DNA from: Clostridia bacterium
GTDB lineage: Bacteria; Bacillota; Clostridia; UBA1212; DUPL01
Length of the DNA stretch: 64,000 bases
NCBI GenBank assembly: GCA_050951325.1
Contig: JBMNIW010000008.1
Coordinates: 256,001-320,000, forward strand
Direction: 5' to 3'
Shown here piece by piece: positions 10,586 to 20,267 of this stretch. The notes beneath the pieces are model-generated. The model was not told the origin of the DNA. It searched no databases and was given only the letters and a program-made list of their open reading frames with translations. A program made the translations under genes and the position numbers. Within the stretch, counting starts at the first letter, position 1, and the number at the start of each line of letters is the position of its first letter.

Positions 10586-11461
10586 TCACTTTCCTTTCCT
10601 TTTAATTATAACAATCAATGCAGCTAAAATTATAACTGCGGAAACTGAGATTATTATAATCATTACTGTATTATTGCTCCTATCCGTATTATCATTCGGA
10701 TTAATCGTATTATCTGTGGTTGTGATAGTCCTTTTTTGAGTTTGTTTAATGGTAGGAGAAGGAGTAGATAAAGGTGTATTTGTCACTTCGGGTGTAGGGG
10801 TTTCAGGATCTCTTGTAACAAACTCACCTGTTATCATATCTAGGTAGTTAACTTTAGCAATTTTTACATTATCGAGAGATATCGAGTTATTATATGTGGC
10901 TATAAGAAATGTTCCGCTTTTATGAACATCATCTTCTGCTGTAAGTACAAGATTACCGTCTATATACCATTCGATGATTTTACCTTTGATTCTGAAACCC
11001 ATCTTGTACCAGGTGCCTTCCTTTACTTCAAACGCAGTACTGGCTAGTAAAGACTCAGAGCCTTTGGTATATGATCTGATTTTAAGCTGTTTAACAAGCG
11101 TGTGATATGCTACGTCATATTGATCATTACCGTTGTCATTTCGTCTGAACGAAACACCAAAGTTTGCGTCGACAGTGGAATTAATACTATCAAGCCTTAC
11201 ATCAAACATGACATCCATATCTTCATAATCATAATCAAGCTCAAGTTTGTCAATCCCTGTGAAACCCTCAGGTAAACTAATAAACCCGTTATTGTCTTCC
11301 TGTTTGTATTCCCAGTTAATATAATCGAAATAGTTTAAATCTCCGCTTTCATAATTCTCCTCAAAATACTGTGCCCTTTTGTCCGCAAAAACACTTTGTG
11401 TTGTTATCATTATAAATAAAAGTGTAATGGCACATACAAAAGCCTTTTTCCTTTTAACCAT
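10586..11461 (-). CDS. Secreted LamG/DUF1080-like protein with Pro/Thr linker and TM anchor
   Basis: RBS AGGGAGG before ATG 11461; DANFGVSFRR..GNDQYDVAY; paralogous to its neighbours. Confidence 0.6.
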   Translation of the reverse strand: MVKRKKAFVCAITLLFIMITTQSVFADKRAQYFEENYESGDLNYFDYINWEYKQEDNNGFISLPEGFTGIDKLELDYDYEDMDVMFDVRLDSINSTVDANFGVSFRRNDNGNDQYDVAYHTLVKQLKIRSYTKGSESLLASTAFEVKEGTWYKMGFRIKGKIIEWYIDGNLVLTAEDDVHKSGTFLIATYNNSISLDNVKIAKVNYLDMITGEFVTRDPETPTPEVTNTPLSTPSPTIKQTQKRTITTTDNTINPNDNTDRSNNTVMIIIISVSAVIILAALIVIIKRKGK

Positions 11462-11474
11462 TTTCTGTTCCTCC

Positions 11475-12515
11475 CTATTTAAAAATTCTTTGACCATAAA
11501 TATAAATATTAGACGGTATAGTTACTTTTCTGCATGCTATATCTTCCTTGTTAACTACCTTTAATGCATAATTTACACTTTCCAATCCTTGCTTTTTAAT
11601 TGATTGAACCAGCTCTCCATAAAGAATTCCTTCTTTAATATACTTGAAATTACTATTAGGTTTCTCACAACCAATACACGGAATTTTCAAGTTAAGTTTT
11701 TTAAGTGTAAGACAAACCTGAGGTATCAACCCGGTTGCGACAAATATACAATCAAACAAAGGAATATTTTCTTTTGCTATATATTCCTTATGTATAATTT
11801 GAGCCATTTTAGCTGCTATAGTAGTACTTGACCCTGGTCTGATTTCCCCTATTACTACCACTCCTTTCGGAAGGTAATCACAAAATCCCTGACAGCGTCT
11901 TTGAACCATATAATTGTCTTTTTCTCCATGTACTATTAGAACCCTAGGATTACTCAGTAAAAAATTCTGACAGGTCTCTGCGAATAATTTCCCATCACTG
12001 TATGTGTCTGCACCAATAAAACTTGTTTCATTTGTATCATCTATGTGTATGTATTCATTCAAAAATACTATAGGCTTGTTTAGTTTCTGAATTTCATTTT
12101 TCGATGTTTCACTACATGGCGGAACAATTATATAAGCATCTGGGTTAGAGTTCCTTGCTCTTTCTATGCAATATAAAAAATCATCATCCATATCAATATT
12201 CGAATAAACAAATATCTCTAGACTTACTGTTTTATTATCTATTGCTTCTATTGCTTCCTGCATTCCTCTTTGCGCTTCAGACCAGAAATAGATAGGGTTT
12301 GAAGGAATAAGAGCTGCTATTATGCATCTTTCTGCTTTTTGCCTGCTATTTTTCGCTTGGGGAAAATAATTGAGTTCTTGAGCAGTTTTTAAGATTCTAG
12401 CCTTTAATTCCAAATCAACACTAGCACTGCTATGAAGCGCATTATATACCGTTCTTATTGATGTGCCATTAATTTCAGCTATCTTTTTCAGTGTTACAGT
12501 ACCATCCAATGTCAT
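11475..12515 (-). CDS. LacI-family regulator (HTH plus periplasmic-binding-protein domain)
   Basis: TLKKIAEINGTSIRTVYNAL..KILKTAQELNY; start reassigned from 12617. Confidence 0.85.
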   Translation of the reverse strand: MTLDGTVTLKKIAEINGTSIRTVYNALHSSASVDLELKARILKTAQELNYFPQAKNSRQKAERCIIAALIPSNPIYFWSEAQRGMQEAIEAIDNKTVSLEIFVYSNIDMDDDFLYCIERARNSNPDAYIIVPPCSETSKNEIQKLNKPIVFLNEYIHIDDTNETSFIGADTYSDGKLFAETCQNFLLSNPRVLIVHGEKDNYMVQRRCQGFCDYLPKGVVVIGEIRPGSSTTIAAKMAQIIHKEYIAKENIPLFDCIFVATGLIPQVCLTLKKLNLKIPCIGCEKPNSNFKYIKEGILYGELVQSIKKQGLESVNYALKVVNKEDIACRKVTIPSNIYIYGQRIFK

Positions 12516-12550
12516 TCCCCCCGTTTGCTCGGTTTTTATGTCTATAATTC

Positions 12551-12581
12551 TATTTAAGCTCTGATTTGATAACAATGTAAA
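12551..12581 (+). repeat. 31-bp direct repeat, second copy at 15264-15294
   Basis: TATTTAAGCTCTGATTTGATAACAATGTAAA identical at both positions. Confidence 0.9.
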
Positions 12582-12685
12582 TACACAACAAAATTTCAAC
12601 CTATTTTTTGTGCACATTTAACAATAACAACAGACTAATAAGGTGCAATCAGCAAAAATCAGATCCAGAGGGTTCCGTTCTAAAA

Positions 12686-13291
12686 AGACCAACTATTAAA
12701 AGTCAAGCCCTAAATTAAAGATTTTTAATAATTTGGAAAAAAGTTTTTAGACTAAGTTGAACCTTGATAATTGCATGACGAAATAAGCCCCACAAAAAGA
12801 GCTGTTTTTAAGAGTATATTTTATGTGGCAACTATACCTGGCTAACGAACGACTTGTTTGTTTTCACTAAGTGGAAAATTACTCGCGTTAGTTTCTTAGT
12901 TGCATGGGAAACAGCCACGTTATAGGGTTTTCCCTCAGCGCGTTTTTTGTTAAGATACTGATTAAAACCAGCATCCCAACGACAAACAAACTTTGCGGCG
13001 TTGAATAGTGCGTAACGAAGGTATTTAGAGCCACGCTTAACCATTTTTGCATGTGTAGATGTCAGTTGACCAGATTGATACACAGACGGTTCTAAGCCAG
13101 CAAATGCAAGTACCTTTTCCGCTGACTCAAAGTTAGAGAGATTGTCTGTCTCGGCAATGATAATTGCTGCCATGCGGTAAGAGATGCCTGGTATTGTCAT
13201 AATAGGACTATTGAAACTATCAACGATTGGTTTGATGCGTTCCTCAATCTGTTCTATCTGTTTCTCCATAACTTGGATGAGTTGTATTGTT
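12686..13291 (-). pseudogene. IS110-family recombinase C-terminal fragment with 3' end, truncated by IS1634
   Basis: TIPGI, FAGLEPSVYQSG, KRGSKYLRYAL; end motif CTTGACTTTTAATAGTTGGTCT; the ORF's first residues derive from the IS1634 IR. Confidence 0.85.
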
Positions 13292-15263
13292 TCGATAGTT
13301 TGACACTTGCTCACATATCCGATTTTCAGAAAAGCTCATAATATGAGCTTTTTTTATATATTTTTTGTCAAATTTCCCTAGTTAGCTATTGCGTAATGTC
13401 TCGTAATGTGATATAATATCAGGTATTGGAGGTGTCATTATGGCTATTAGAGTATCAATATCTAAATCAAAAAATGCCAAGTCATACTATCTGATAGAAG
13501 ATGTTGTGAAAAATGGAAAGAGAACAACGCAGATAAGAGAAAAACTTGGCACTCATGAGGAACTGCTTAAAGAACTTAACGGACAAGATCCGTATGAATG
13601 GGCTAAGAAATACGCCGAGGAACTAAATAGAAAAGAAAAAGAAAACAAACAGGAAAAGAATATTATCGTTAAGTATTCCCCCACCAAGCAAATTATGAAG
13701 AATAAACAGAATACATTTAATGGCGGTTACCTGTTCTTGCAGAAAATCTATTATGAACTGGGTTTGCATAAGATTTGCGATGAAATATCTGAAAAATACA
13801 AGTTTGAATATGACTTGAACTCAATACTCTCGAGACTACTATACAGTAGAATAATATACCCTTCCTCAAAACTATCTACGTATAAATTATCAAAAAGATT
13901 TTTTGAGCAGCCCAATTTTGACTTGCATCATATATACCGGGCCTTAAGTGTTTTGGCGGAAGAAAATGATTTCATACAAGCCACAATCTATGAGAACAGT
14001 AAAAAAATATGCAATAGAAATACCAAAATACTATACTACGACTGTACAAACTATTATTTTGAAATTGATTACGAGGAAGATGACAAGAGGTATGGTTATG
14101 GGAAGGATCATAAGCCAAATCCCATAGTGCAAATGGGACTGTTCATGGACGGAAGCGGCATCCCTCTTGCTTTTAGCATCAATAGAGGTAATGCCAATGA
14201 ACAAACAACAATGGTACCACTGGAAGAAAAGATACTATCTGACTTTAATCTGGCAAAATTTATTGTTTGTACAGATGCCGGATTGTCATCAACAGCAAAC
14301 CAGAAATTCAACGACAAAGGCGACAGGGCTTTTATCACAACCCAGTCTGTAAAAAAACTAAAAGAACACTTGAAAAACTGGGCCTTGAAACCGACGGGAT
14401 GGAGTTTGCCAAATGACAGTACAGAATATGACATCAGCAAACTTGATGAAGAAGAATACAAGGACAAGGTTTTTTACAAAGATCGTTGGATTAAGGAAGA
14501 CGGTTTGGAACAGAAACTAATAGTGACATTTTCATTCAAGTACAGAAAATATCAACAGAAAAAGCGCCAAGTTCATATCGAAAAGGCATTAAGCTTGCTT
14601 GAAACAGAACCGCAAAAATCAAACAAGAAGCGAAACAGCGACTACAAACGTTTTATCAAAAGCGTTAATTGCACAGAAAGTGGAGAGATAGCCGATAATG
14701 AAGTTTATTATATTGACGAAGAACTTATTGCCAACGAGCAGAAATATGATGGGTTCTATGCGGTATGCACAAACCTTGATGATGATGCTTCAGAAATTGC
14801 AAAAATCAACCATAGACGCTGGGAAATAGAAGAATGTTTTAGAATAATGAAAAGTGAGTTCAAAGCCAGACCTGTTCATTTGAAAGACAAGGATAGGATA
14901 ATTGCACATTTTGCTACATGTTTTATGGCATTAATTCTGTATAGAATACTCGAGAAAAGACTTGAAGAAAAATATACATGCTGTGAAATTATTCAGTGTT
15001 TGAGAGATATGAATTTTACAGACGAAAATGGGTATGGATACAAACCTTGTTATACAAGAACCGACTTGACTGATGATTTGCATAACGTTTTCGGATTCAG
15101 GACTGACTATGAAATAATTACAGAGAAAGAGATGAAAAAAATATTCAAGCTCACTAAAAAGTAAAAACATTACGCATTTTTATTGACACATTAAGAAGTC
15201 TACAAACCCACTAAATACAAGGGTTTGTAGACTTTTATCTTTCTACAAGTGTCAAAGATGAGA
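13292..15263 (+). mobile_element. IS1634-family insertion sequence
   Basis: Imperfect 18-bp IRs TCGATAGTTTGACACTTG / CAAGTGTCAAAGATGAGA; internal TTGCGT-17-TATAAT promoter; hairpin at 15196-15233. Confidence 0.85.
13440..15164 (+). CDS. IS1634-family transposase
   Basis: YYDCTNYYFE, GYGKDHKPNPIVQMGL, CTDAGL, RWEIEECFR. Confidence 0.92.
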   Translation: MAIRVSISKSKNAKSYYLIEDVVKNGKRTTQIREKLGTHEELLKELNGQDPYEWAKKYAEELNRKEKENKQEKNIIVKYSPTKQIMKNKQNTFNGGYLFLQKIYYELGLHKICDEISEKYKFEYDLNSILSRLLYSRIIYPSSKLSTYKLSKRFFEQPNFDLHHIYRALSVLAEENDFIQATIYENSKKICNRNTKILYYDCTNYYFEIDYEEDDKRYGYGKDHKPNPIVQMGLFMDGSGIPLAFSINRGNANEQTTMVPLEEKILSDFNLAKFIVCTDAGLSSTANQKFNDKGDRAFITTQSVKKLKEHLKNWALKPTGWSLPNDSTEYDISKLDEEEYKDKVFYKDRWIKEDGLEQKLIVTFSFKYRKYQQKKRQVHIEKALSLLETEPQKSNKKRNSDYKRFIKSVNCTESGEIADNEVYYIDEELIANEQKYDGFYAVCTNLDDDASEIAKINHRRWEIEECFRIMKSEFKARPVHLKDKDRIIAHFATCFMALILYRILEKRLEEKYTCCEIIQCLRDMNFTDENGYGYKPCYTRTDLTDDLHNVFGFRTDYEIITEKEMKKIFKLTKK

Positions 15264-15346
15264 TATTTAAGCTCTGATTTGATAACAATGTAAAGTACAA
15301 AATAGCGAGGAACCTTATTTCATTTGTACCCTATAGCATACTAACC

Positions 15347-15503
15347 GACAACAAGCTTATTTGTTGTTTTTATAAACTTAGCAGAAATAGGTCTTCTTAA
15401 TTTCCAAACTATATTCATAGGTCTTGAGCCCTCATGACTTACATAATCAGCTAATCCCAGGAATGTATAAGTTAAAGCACCATATGTATCTTTTTTATAC
15501 TCA
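15347..15503 (-). pseudogene. 3' remnant of a DUF3427-domain (restriction-type helicase) gene
   Basis: Minus strand EYKKDTYGALTYTFLGLADYVSHEGSRPMNIVWKLRRPISAKFIKTTNKLVVG*; cut by the IS at 15506. Confidence 0.65.
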
Positions 15504-15505
15504 CA

Positions 15506-17015
15506 GTGGGATTTAGCCTTTACTCGTATTTTACTATCTTTTTCACCTTATATCAATAGCAATATCAAATTTAATGCATTTTCCCATAATTTATTTTACG
15601 AAAAGGCAGTCTTCCCCCTTTCCCCCAATATTATCACAGCGCGCTATTAACTTTTTTTGACCTCTATGCAGTGCTAAACATATACTCTGGACCTCTTTTT
15701 ATAAGATGCAATCCTTTTATCAATAACCTTACCAATTCTACTTGTGTGACTACCGACTTCCTTATTCTTCTATAGTAAAATAGTCTGACCAAGTTTGCTG
15801 CTATGAATTTCAAACACAGGACTGCTTCTATTGCATCTCCCCCGTGGACATAACAATGCTCTAAGCCACATTCCTTTTTCAGATAATTAAATATTGAGTT
15901 TTCAATGTCTTGCCTTCCTCGAATAATCCTAAATATTGTATCTAGTTTCATACCCATGCAAGTTGTCACAATCATTATCTGAGAATATTTTTTATTCTGT
16001 TTCTTCATTCTAAATTTAACAAACCTTAAATCTTTTTCGACATTCTTCATTCGAAAGAAACTCTCATATACAGTAACACTTTCATAGGAAACATCGTCTT
16101 CCCACACCACAACTGGTTCTGATTTGTTTACCTGCTTTTTTATTTCTTTAACACTTTTTATATTGTTACATTTAACTCTGACAATTGCATCTACAGCTGA
16201 CTCGTCGCAAGCATTAAGCCATTCAGAGTTGCATCCCAATGCATCATATACTACTACATTAATTAAATCCTTATGGTCGGCAGTAGTTCTTTTTAGTAAA
16301 CGTTTTGCAGTTGTTAGTTCTCCTTCATCTTTTTCTGCTTTATCTATACCTGCCCTATATGGCTCAAAGTCCAAAACCAGCCTTGCACGATCGCCTATTG
16401 TCGATAACACAACACTACTATGGAAATTTCTCTCTTCCTTTTTGCCTTTCTTACTCGCTTTTAAACACCTATCACAACTTTTCCTGTCACTATTAAACGT
16501 TTGTGTGCCATCTATAGCTGCGACCACATAACCATCTATTGTGCCATTTGTAAACACTTTATTTTCTCTAGCTTTGCGAACAGTATCCTTCAAAATTGCT
16601 CTTATTTTACTTACATCAATAACCTTTAACGTGTCGCGAATTGCATCTATTTTTGGAAGCTTACATCCCCTAGGCAACAAATTCTTAAACTCATTTTTTA
16701 CAATATAATTATTTAACTCATTGAAGCTTCTTGTTCTTATTATAAAACCAAAAAGAACCGGTAAAACTACAAGTTTTGTTTTGAATGTAGGATTCTTTCT
16801 TCCATCAGTGAGGTTATTTAAGCCTTTTTCGACATCAAAGACATTCTTCATATATTTTACTAATTTTGCTAAGTAGTTCTTTCTCAAATCTATCGTTCCC
16901 TTATTATTTAATTTTGATTATTTTAACAGAATTCAGCCCGAATTTGCAACACCTCTAATTTTACGTCAAAACCGCATAACTATGGGCTTTTTCGAGAACA
17001 GAGGCTAAATCCCTG
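15506..17015 (-). mobile_element. DDE insertion sequence, copy 2
   Basis: Same IRs and non-coding ends as 4104-5611. Confidence 0.85.
15664..16887 (-). CDS. DDE transposase, 407 aa
   Basis: N-terminal ~180 aa identical to 4260..5483; central part diverged. Confidence 0.85.
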   Translation of the reverse strand: MRKNYLAKLVKYMKNVFDVEKGLNNLTDGRKNPTFKTKLVVLPVLFGFIIRTRSFNELNNYIVKNEFKNLLPRGCKLPKIDAIRDTLKVIDVSKIRAILKDTVRKARENKVFTNGTIDGYVVAAIDGTQTFNSDRKSCDRCLKASKKGKKEERNFHSSVVLSTIGDRARLVLDFEPYRAGIDKAEKDEGELTTAKRLLKRTTADHKDLINVVVYDALGCNSEWLNACDESAVDAIVRVKCNNIKSVKEIKKQVNKSEPVVVWEDDVSYESVTVYESFFRMKNVEKDLRFVKFRMKKQNKKYSQIMIVTTCMGMKLDTIFRIIRGRQDIENSIFNYLKKECGLEHCYVHGGDAIEAVLCLKFIAANLVRLFYYRRIRKSVVTQVELVRLLIKGLHLIKRGPEYMFSTA

Positions 17016-17124
17016 GTTCATCATTGCATAACGCATTTAGTTCAATACGGGTACCGACCGGATACATTTGCTTTAATCGCTCTTTTTGCCTTTGTAAAAC
17101 TTCACCTGATTGAAACTTGTGCAT
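17016..17124 (-). pseudogene. 5' remnant of a DUF4314-like gene (ICE/prophage-associated)
   Basis: RBS AGGAGG then MHKFQSGEVLQRQKERLKQMYPVGTRIELNALCNDE, cut by the IS; YPVGTRIEL is characteristic. Confidence 0.6.
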
Positions 17125-17191
17125 ACTGTTTAACCTCCTAAAAATAGAATAAGCCTGCTGGTTTTCATTTCAGCAGGCTATGTAAAGATTT

Positions 17192-17290
17192 CTATAAAAA
17201 GAGCCATCACGCGAAGTTCACCTATAAATAGTGGTAAAACAGCGTTTTGGCATCTATAAAACGAAAGTCTTTTTTTCTATCTATAAATAG
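17192..17290 (+). repeat. Four CTATAAA direct repeats spaced about 30 bp apart
   Basis: Starts at 17192, 17222, 17254, 17281; two extend to CTATAAATAG. Confidence 0.65.
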
Positions 17291-17291
17291 C

Positions 17292-17320
17292 GAAAAACCC
17301 GCTAACCAAGCGGGTTTTTC
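17292..17320 (-). terminator. Intrinsic terminator downstream of ssrA
   Basis: GAAAAACCCGCT-AACCA-AGCGGGTTTTTC. Confidence 0.8.
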
Positions 17321-17349
17321 GTGTATGCATCTTTTTTGTCAGATGATTA

Positions 17350-17732
17350 TGGTGGAGATGGCGGGAGTTGAACCCGCGTCCGAAACCATATCCTCATAAA
17401 CGTCTACGAGTGTAGTCCATTCTTTTTCATTCCCTACGGCAATCCTCAATGGACAGAGTCTTGCTTTCGGTAGCTTCATAGGTACCGATATGCCTCAAAG
17501 CTTTGGCATACCTGTTCCCAGTATTGACCACCCTACTGGAAGGCCCGTCTTACTGACGCCGATTACTGAAGGCACGGGTTACCCTCAGGTCGACGAAGCC
17601 GCTACTTAAGCAGCTTGGAGTGCTAAATTATCGTTAGCGTTTATTTTTTTCTCTCGTTTTTTAAAGAGGCCAACGAGAATCCTCTACTCGCAGTTTATGC
17701 CTCAATGACCCCGTCGAAACCAGTACATCCCC
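17350..17732 (-). ncRNA. ssrA: tmRNA
   Basis: 5' GGGGATGTACTGGTTTCGAC; 3' GGTTCAACTCCCGCCATCTCCACCA; tag frame ANDNLALQAA* at 17606-17638; directly after smpB. Confidence 0.97.
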
Positions 17733-17737
17733 ATATA

Positions 17738-18202
17738 TTATACTCTAAAACTTTCCTTTAGCTGCCTGTCTATCTCTCTTTGAGAATCTTTCTTGGCTAT
17801 GGCTTCTCGTTTGTCATAAAGCTTCTTTCCTTTTGCTACCCCCAGCAGAACCTTAACCTTTCCCCTAAGGAAATAAAGCTCCAATGGTACAAGGGTGAAA
17901 CCCTTCTGCTGAATATAACCAATAAGCTTCCTTATTTCACTTCTGTGAAGAAGAAGCTTTCTGTCACGCAATGGTTCCTGGTTGAATATGTTTCCATGAT
18001 CATAAGGACTTACATGCATACCACATACAAACACTTCTCCGTTACGAATAACTGCATATGAATCCTTCAAATTCACATGGCCGTTTCTAATAGACTTTAC
18101 CTCAGTACCAGCAAGGACAATACCGCATTCATAAGTCTCTAGAATAGTATATTCAAATCTGGCTTTTCTGTTCTGCGTTATTATCTTCTTACCAGCACTC
18201 AC
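17738..18202 (-). CDS. smpB: SsrA-binding protein
   Basis: [31 protein letters not shown]. Confidence 0.98.
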   Translation of the reverse strand: MSAGKKIITQNRKARFEYTILETYECGIVLAGTEVKSIRNGHVNLKDSYAVIRNGEVFVCGMHVSPYDHGNIFNQEPLRDRKLLLHRSEIRKLIGYIQQKGFTLVPLELYFLRGKVKVLLGVAKGKKLYDKREAIAKKDSQREIDRQLKESFRV

Positions 18203-18286
18203 AATCCATTACCTCCATCTTCAACAGAAATATATTTTATCTCATTTTTGTTAAATAGTCAAATGTATAAAATTGAAATTATCCAA

Positions 18287-18751
18287 TCATACAATATAGT
18301 GTTCTTCAGTTCTATCCTCTCCAAATATTCTGTAATCCTCATAATATTCTAGGTCATCATACTTGGTAGTGATTGTCAGAATCTCCAAATACATATTGTT
18401 TGCAAATCGGATAATAAGATCTTTGTTGTCAAATGTCGCACTGACGACTTCTGTTGAATACAGCTTATCCCTATATTCATTTATTGCATAGTCAAATAAT
18501 GTGGTACCTACTTTTGTCCATTTAAACTTTTTCTTTTTATACTCGGGGCTAGGAGAAAACATATTTTGAGTACATATGGCAAGAGTGTTGTCTGAATCAA
18601 AAATTCTGATATAGCATTGTGTATGTATTTTAAGTTTCTTTTTACCAGGCAACTCGAATACAAATCCAACCAAATCCAGTACTCTGTAAATATCAATTAA
18701 TCTCGCTTTCTGCATTAAGCCGTTTATATCATTCCTTATCTCATTGTACAT
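18287..18751 (-). CDS. Hypothetical protein
   Basis: RBS GGAGG before ATG 18751; no family recognised. Confidence 0.6.
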   Translation of the reverse strand: MYNEIRNDINGLMQKARLIDIYRVLDLVGFVFELPGKKKLKIHTQCYIRIFDSDNTLAICTQNMFSPSPEYKKKKFKWTKVGTTLFDYAINEYRDKLYSTEVVSATFDNKDLIIRFANNMYLEILTITTKYDDLEYYEDYRIFGEDRTEEHYIV

Positions 18752-18827
18752 AATCTGACCTCCAAAATGCAAATGACGCCAGTCAAAATGATGACCGACG
18801 TCATTAGTTATAACCATTTATTATGCA

Positions 18828-20249
18828 TTATGCATTCTCAACAGTTTCTTGAACTTTTCTCTTCTTTACCCAGTCACCTATGCTCAAGACAAGATTCAGC
18901 AAAATGCCGAATATGGCTGCTGTTGCCACACATGGTATGTCGAGCCCGAAGAATGGAATATTACCGGTTCCGCCAAATCCATAGTTGCCACCAAGACCTA
19001 TCACCATTATACATGCCATTACTGCAATATTCTTGGCGCTGAACATGTCCACTTTTTTCTCAACCATGATCGCAACACCTTGTGCAGCGATAGCTCCGAA
19101 CAGATATATCTCAAGCCCGCCAATAACAGCAGCTGGAATTGCATAGATTATACTAATCAATGGGGTGAAGCAGGCAATAATCATTGAAATCAAAGCTGCA
19201 ACAACCAAGACATGTACGGAGAATACTCTTGTAATTGCCATTGCACTGATGTTCTCTCCATAGTTGGTACCAGCAGGACCACCAATCGCACCTGCTACGA
19301 TGTCTCCAATACCATCACCAATCAGGTTCAAACCAAGCTTGCTGGCAAGATCATACTTCTTTTCAGAATTCTTCTTTCTAGCCAAATCCTTTACATAAAT
19401 ATCAAGCTGATAGATATGTGCAGTAGACTCGGGTATCGTTGCAAGAGCTATAGGCATTATCGCAACAACTGCCCTCATATTTGGTTTTGGGAAAGTAATA
19501 TTTGGAAGGGCGAACAATCCATTATCCTGAATTGCTGCTGGAACAATTTTGAACAGATTAACATCTGCTGTCAAATAGATAATGAAAGCTGCAAGACATC
19601 CTACCATTGGTCCAAGGATAAGAGGAAGTTGTCCCCAGATGCCTTTCAAATAAACAGAGAACAGTATTGTAGCAATCAAAGTAATCAAACCAACAACCAA
19701 GGCCATGGACTGAGCGTTGTTTCCCGCTGCCAGAACCGCATCCCCTTGTTCGTCAACGCCTCTGAATATGGACTGTGAGTCTTCAATAGCAGTTCCTGCC
19801 AGAGTCAGACCAATAACCATTGCTATTGGACCTGTAATGTGAGCTGGCAGTACCTTTTCAATGGATTCCTTTCCAAACTGCTTTACAATCAAACCAGCTA
19901 TAATTGAAACGAAACCCGACATTACAATACCGAATTGCGCCATGCGAATTTTATCATCCAAGGAATATCCTGATAGTTCCTCAAGAGCCATCAAGCTGCC
20001 TATTGCAGTTACATATGAAAAGCTGGAACCATAATACAGCGGAATCTTTCTTCCTGTTACAAGGATGAAACACAATGTAGCCAAACCACTAGCAAATATA
20101 GTGGTGGAAATGTGAAAGCCAGTAATAATTGCAACAGCAACAGTAGCAGGGAACATAACGATAACTTGCTGCAGAGCGTATAATATCAGTTTCCATACTG
20201 GTGGCCGTTCATCTGGTAAGTAACCAACAATTTTTTTGTCATCTTGCAT
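18828..20249 (-). CDS. uraA: Uracil permease (NCS2 family)
   Basis: GSSFSY and TNYGENI signature; follows pyrR. Confidence 0.9.
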   Translation of the reverse strand: MQDDKKIVGYLPDERPPVWKLILYALQQVIVMFPATVAVAIITGFHISTTIFASGLATLCFILVTGRKIPLYYGSSFSYVTAIGSLMALEELSGYSLDDKIRMAQFGIVMSGFVSIIAGLIVKQFGKESIEKVLPAHITGPIAMVIGLTLAGTAIEDSQSIFRGVDEQGDAVLAAGNNAQSMALVVGLITLIATILFSVYLKGIWGQLPLILGPMVGCLAAFIIYLTADVNLFKIVPAAIQDNGLFALPNITFPKPNMRAVVAIMPIALATIPESTAHIYQLDIYVKDLARKKNSEKKYDLASKLGLNLIGDGIGDIVAGAIGGPAGTNYGENISAMAITRVFSVHVLVVAALISMIIACFTPLISIIYAIPAAVIGGLEIYLFGAIAAQGVAIMVEKKVDMFSAKNIAVMACIMVIGLGGNYGFGGTGNIPFFGLDIPCVATAAIFGILLNLVLSIGDWVKKRKVQETVENA

Positions 20250-20267
20250 AATAATCCCCCTATAGTA

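Noticed and set aside
12686-12831. Bridge RNA in the IS110 non-coding end
   Set aside because: No convincing structure seen by eye, and the 5' end of the element is deleted
12551-17290. Direct repeats as a CRISPR array
   Set aside because: Only two 31-bp copies 2.7 kb apart plus 7-bp motifs; no repeat-spacer structure and no cas genes
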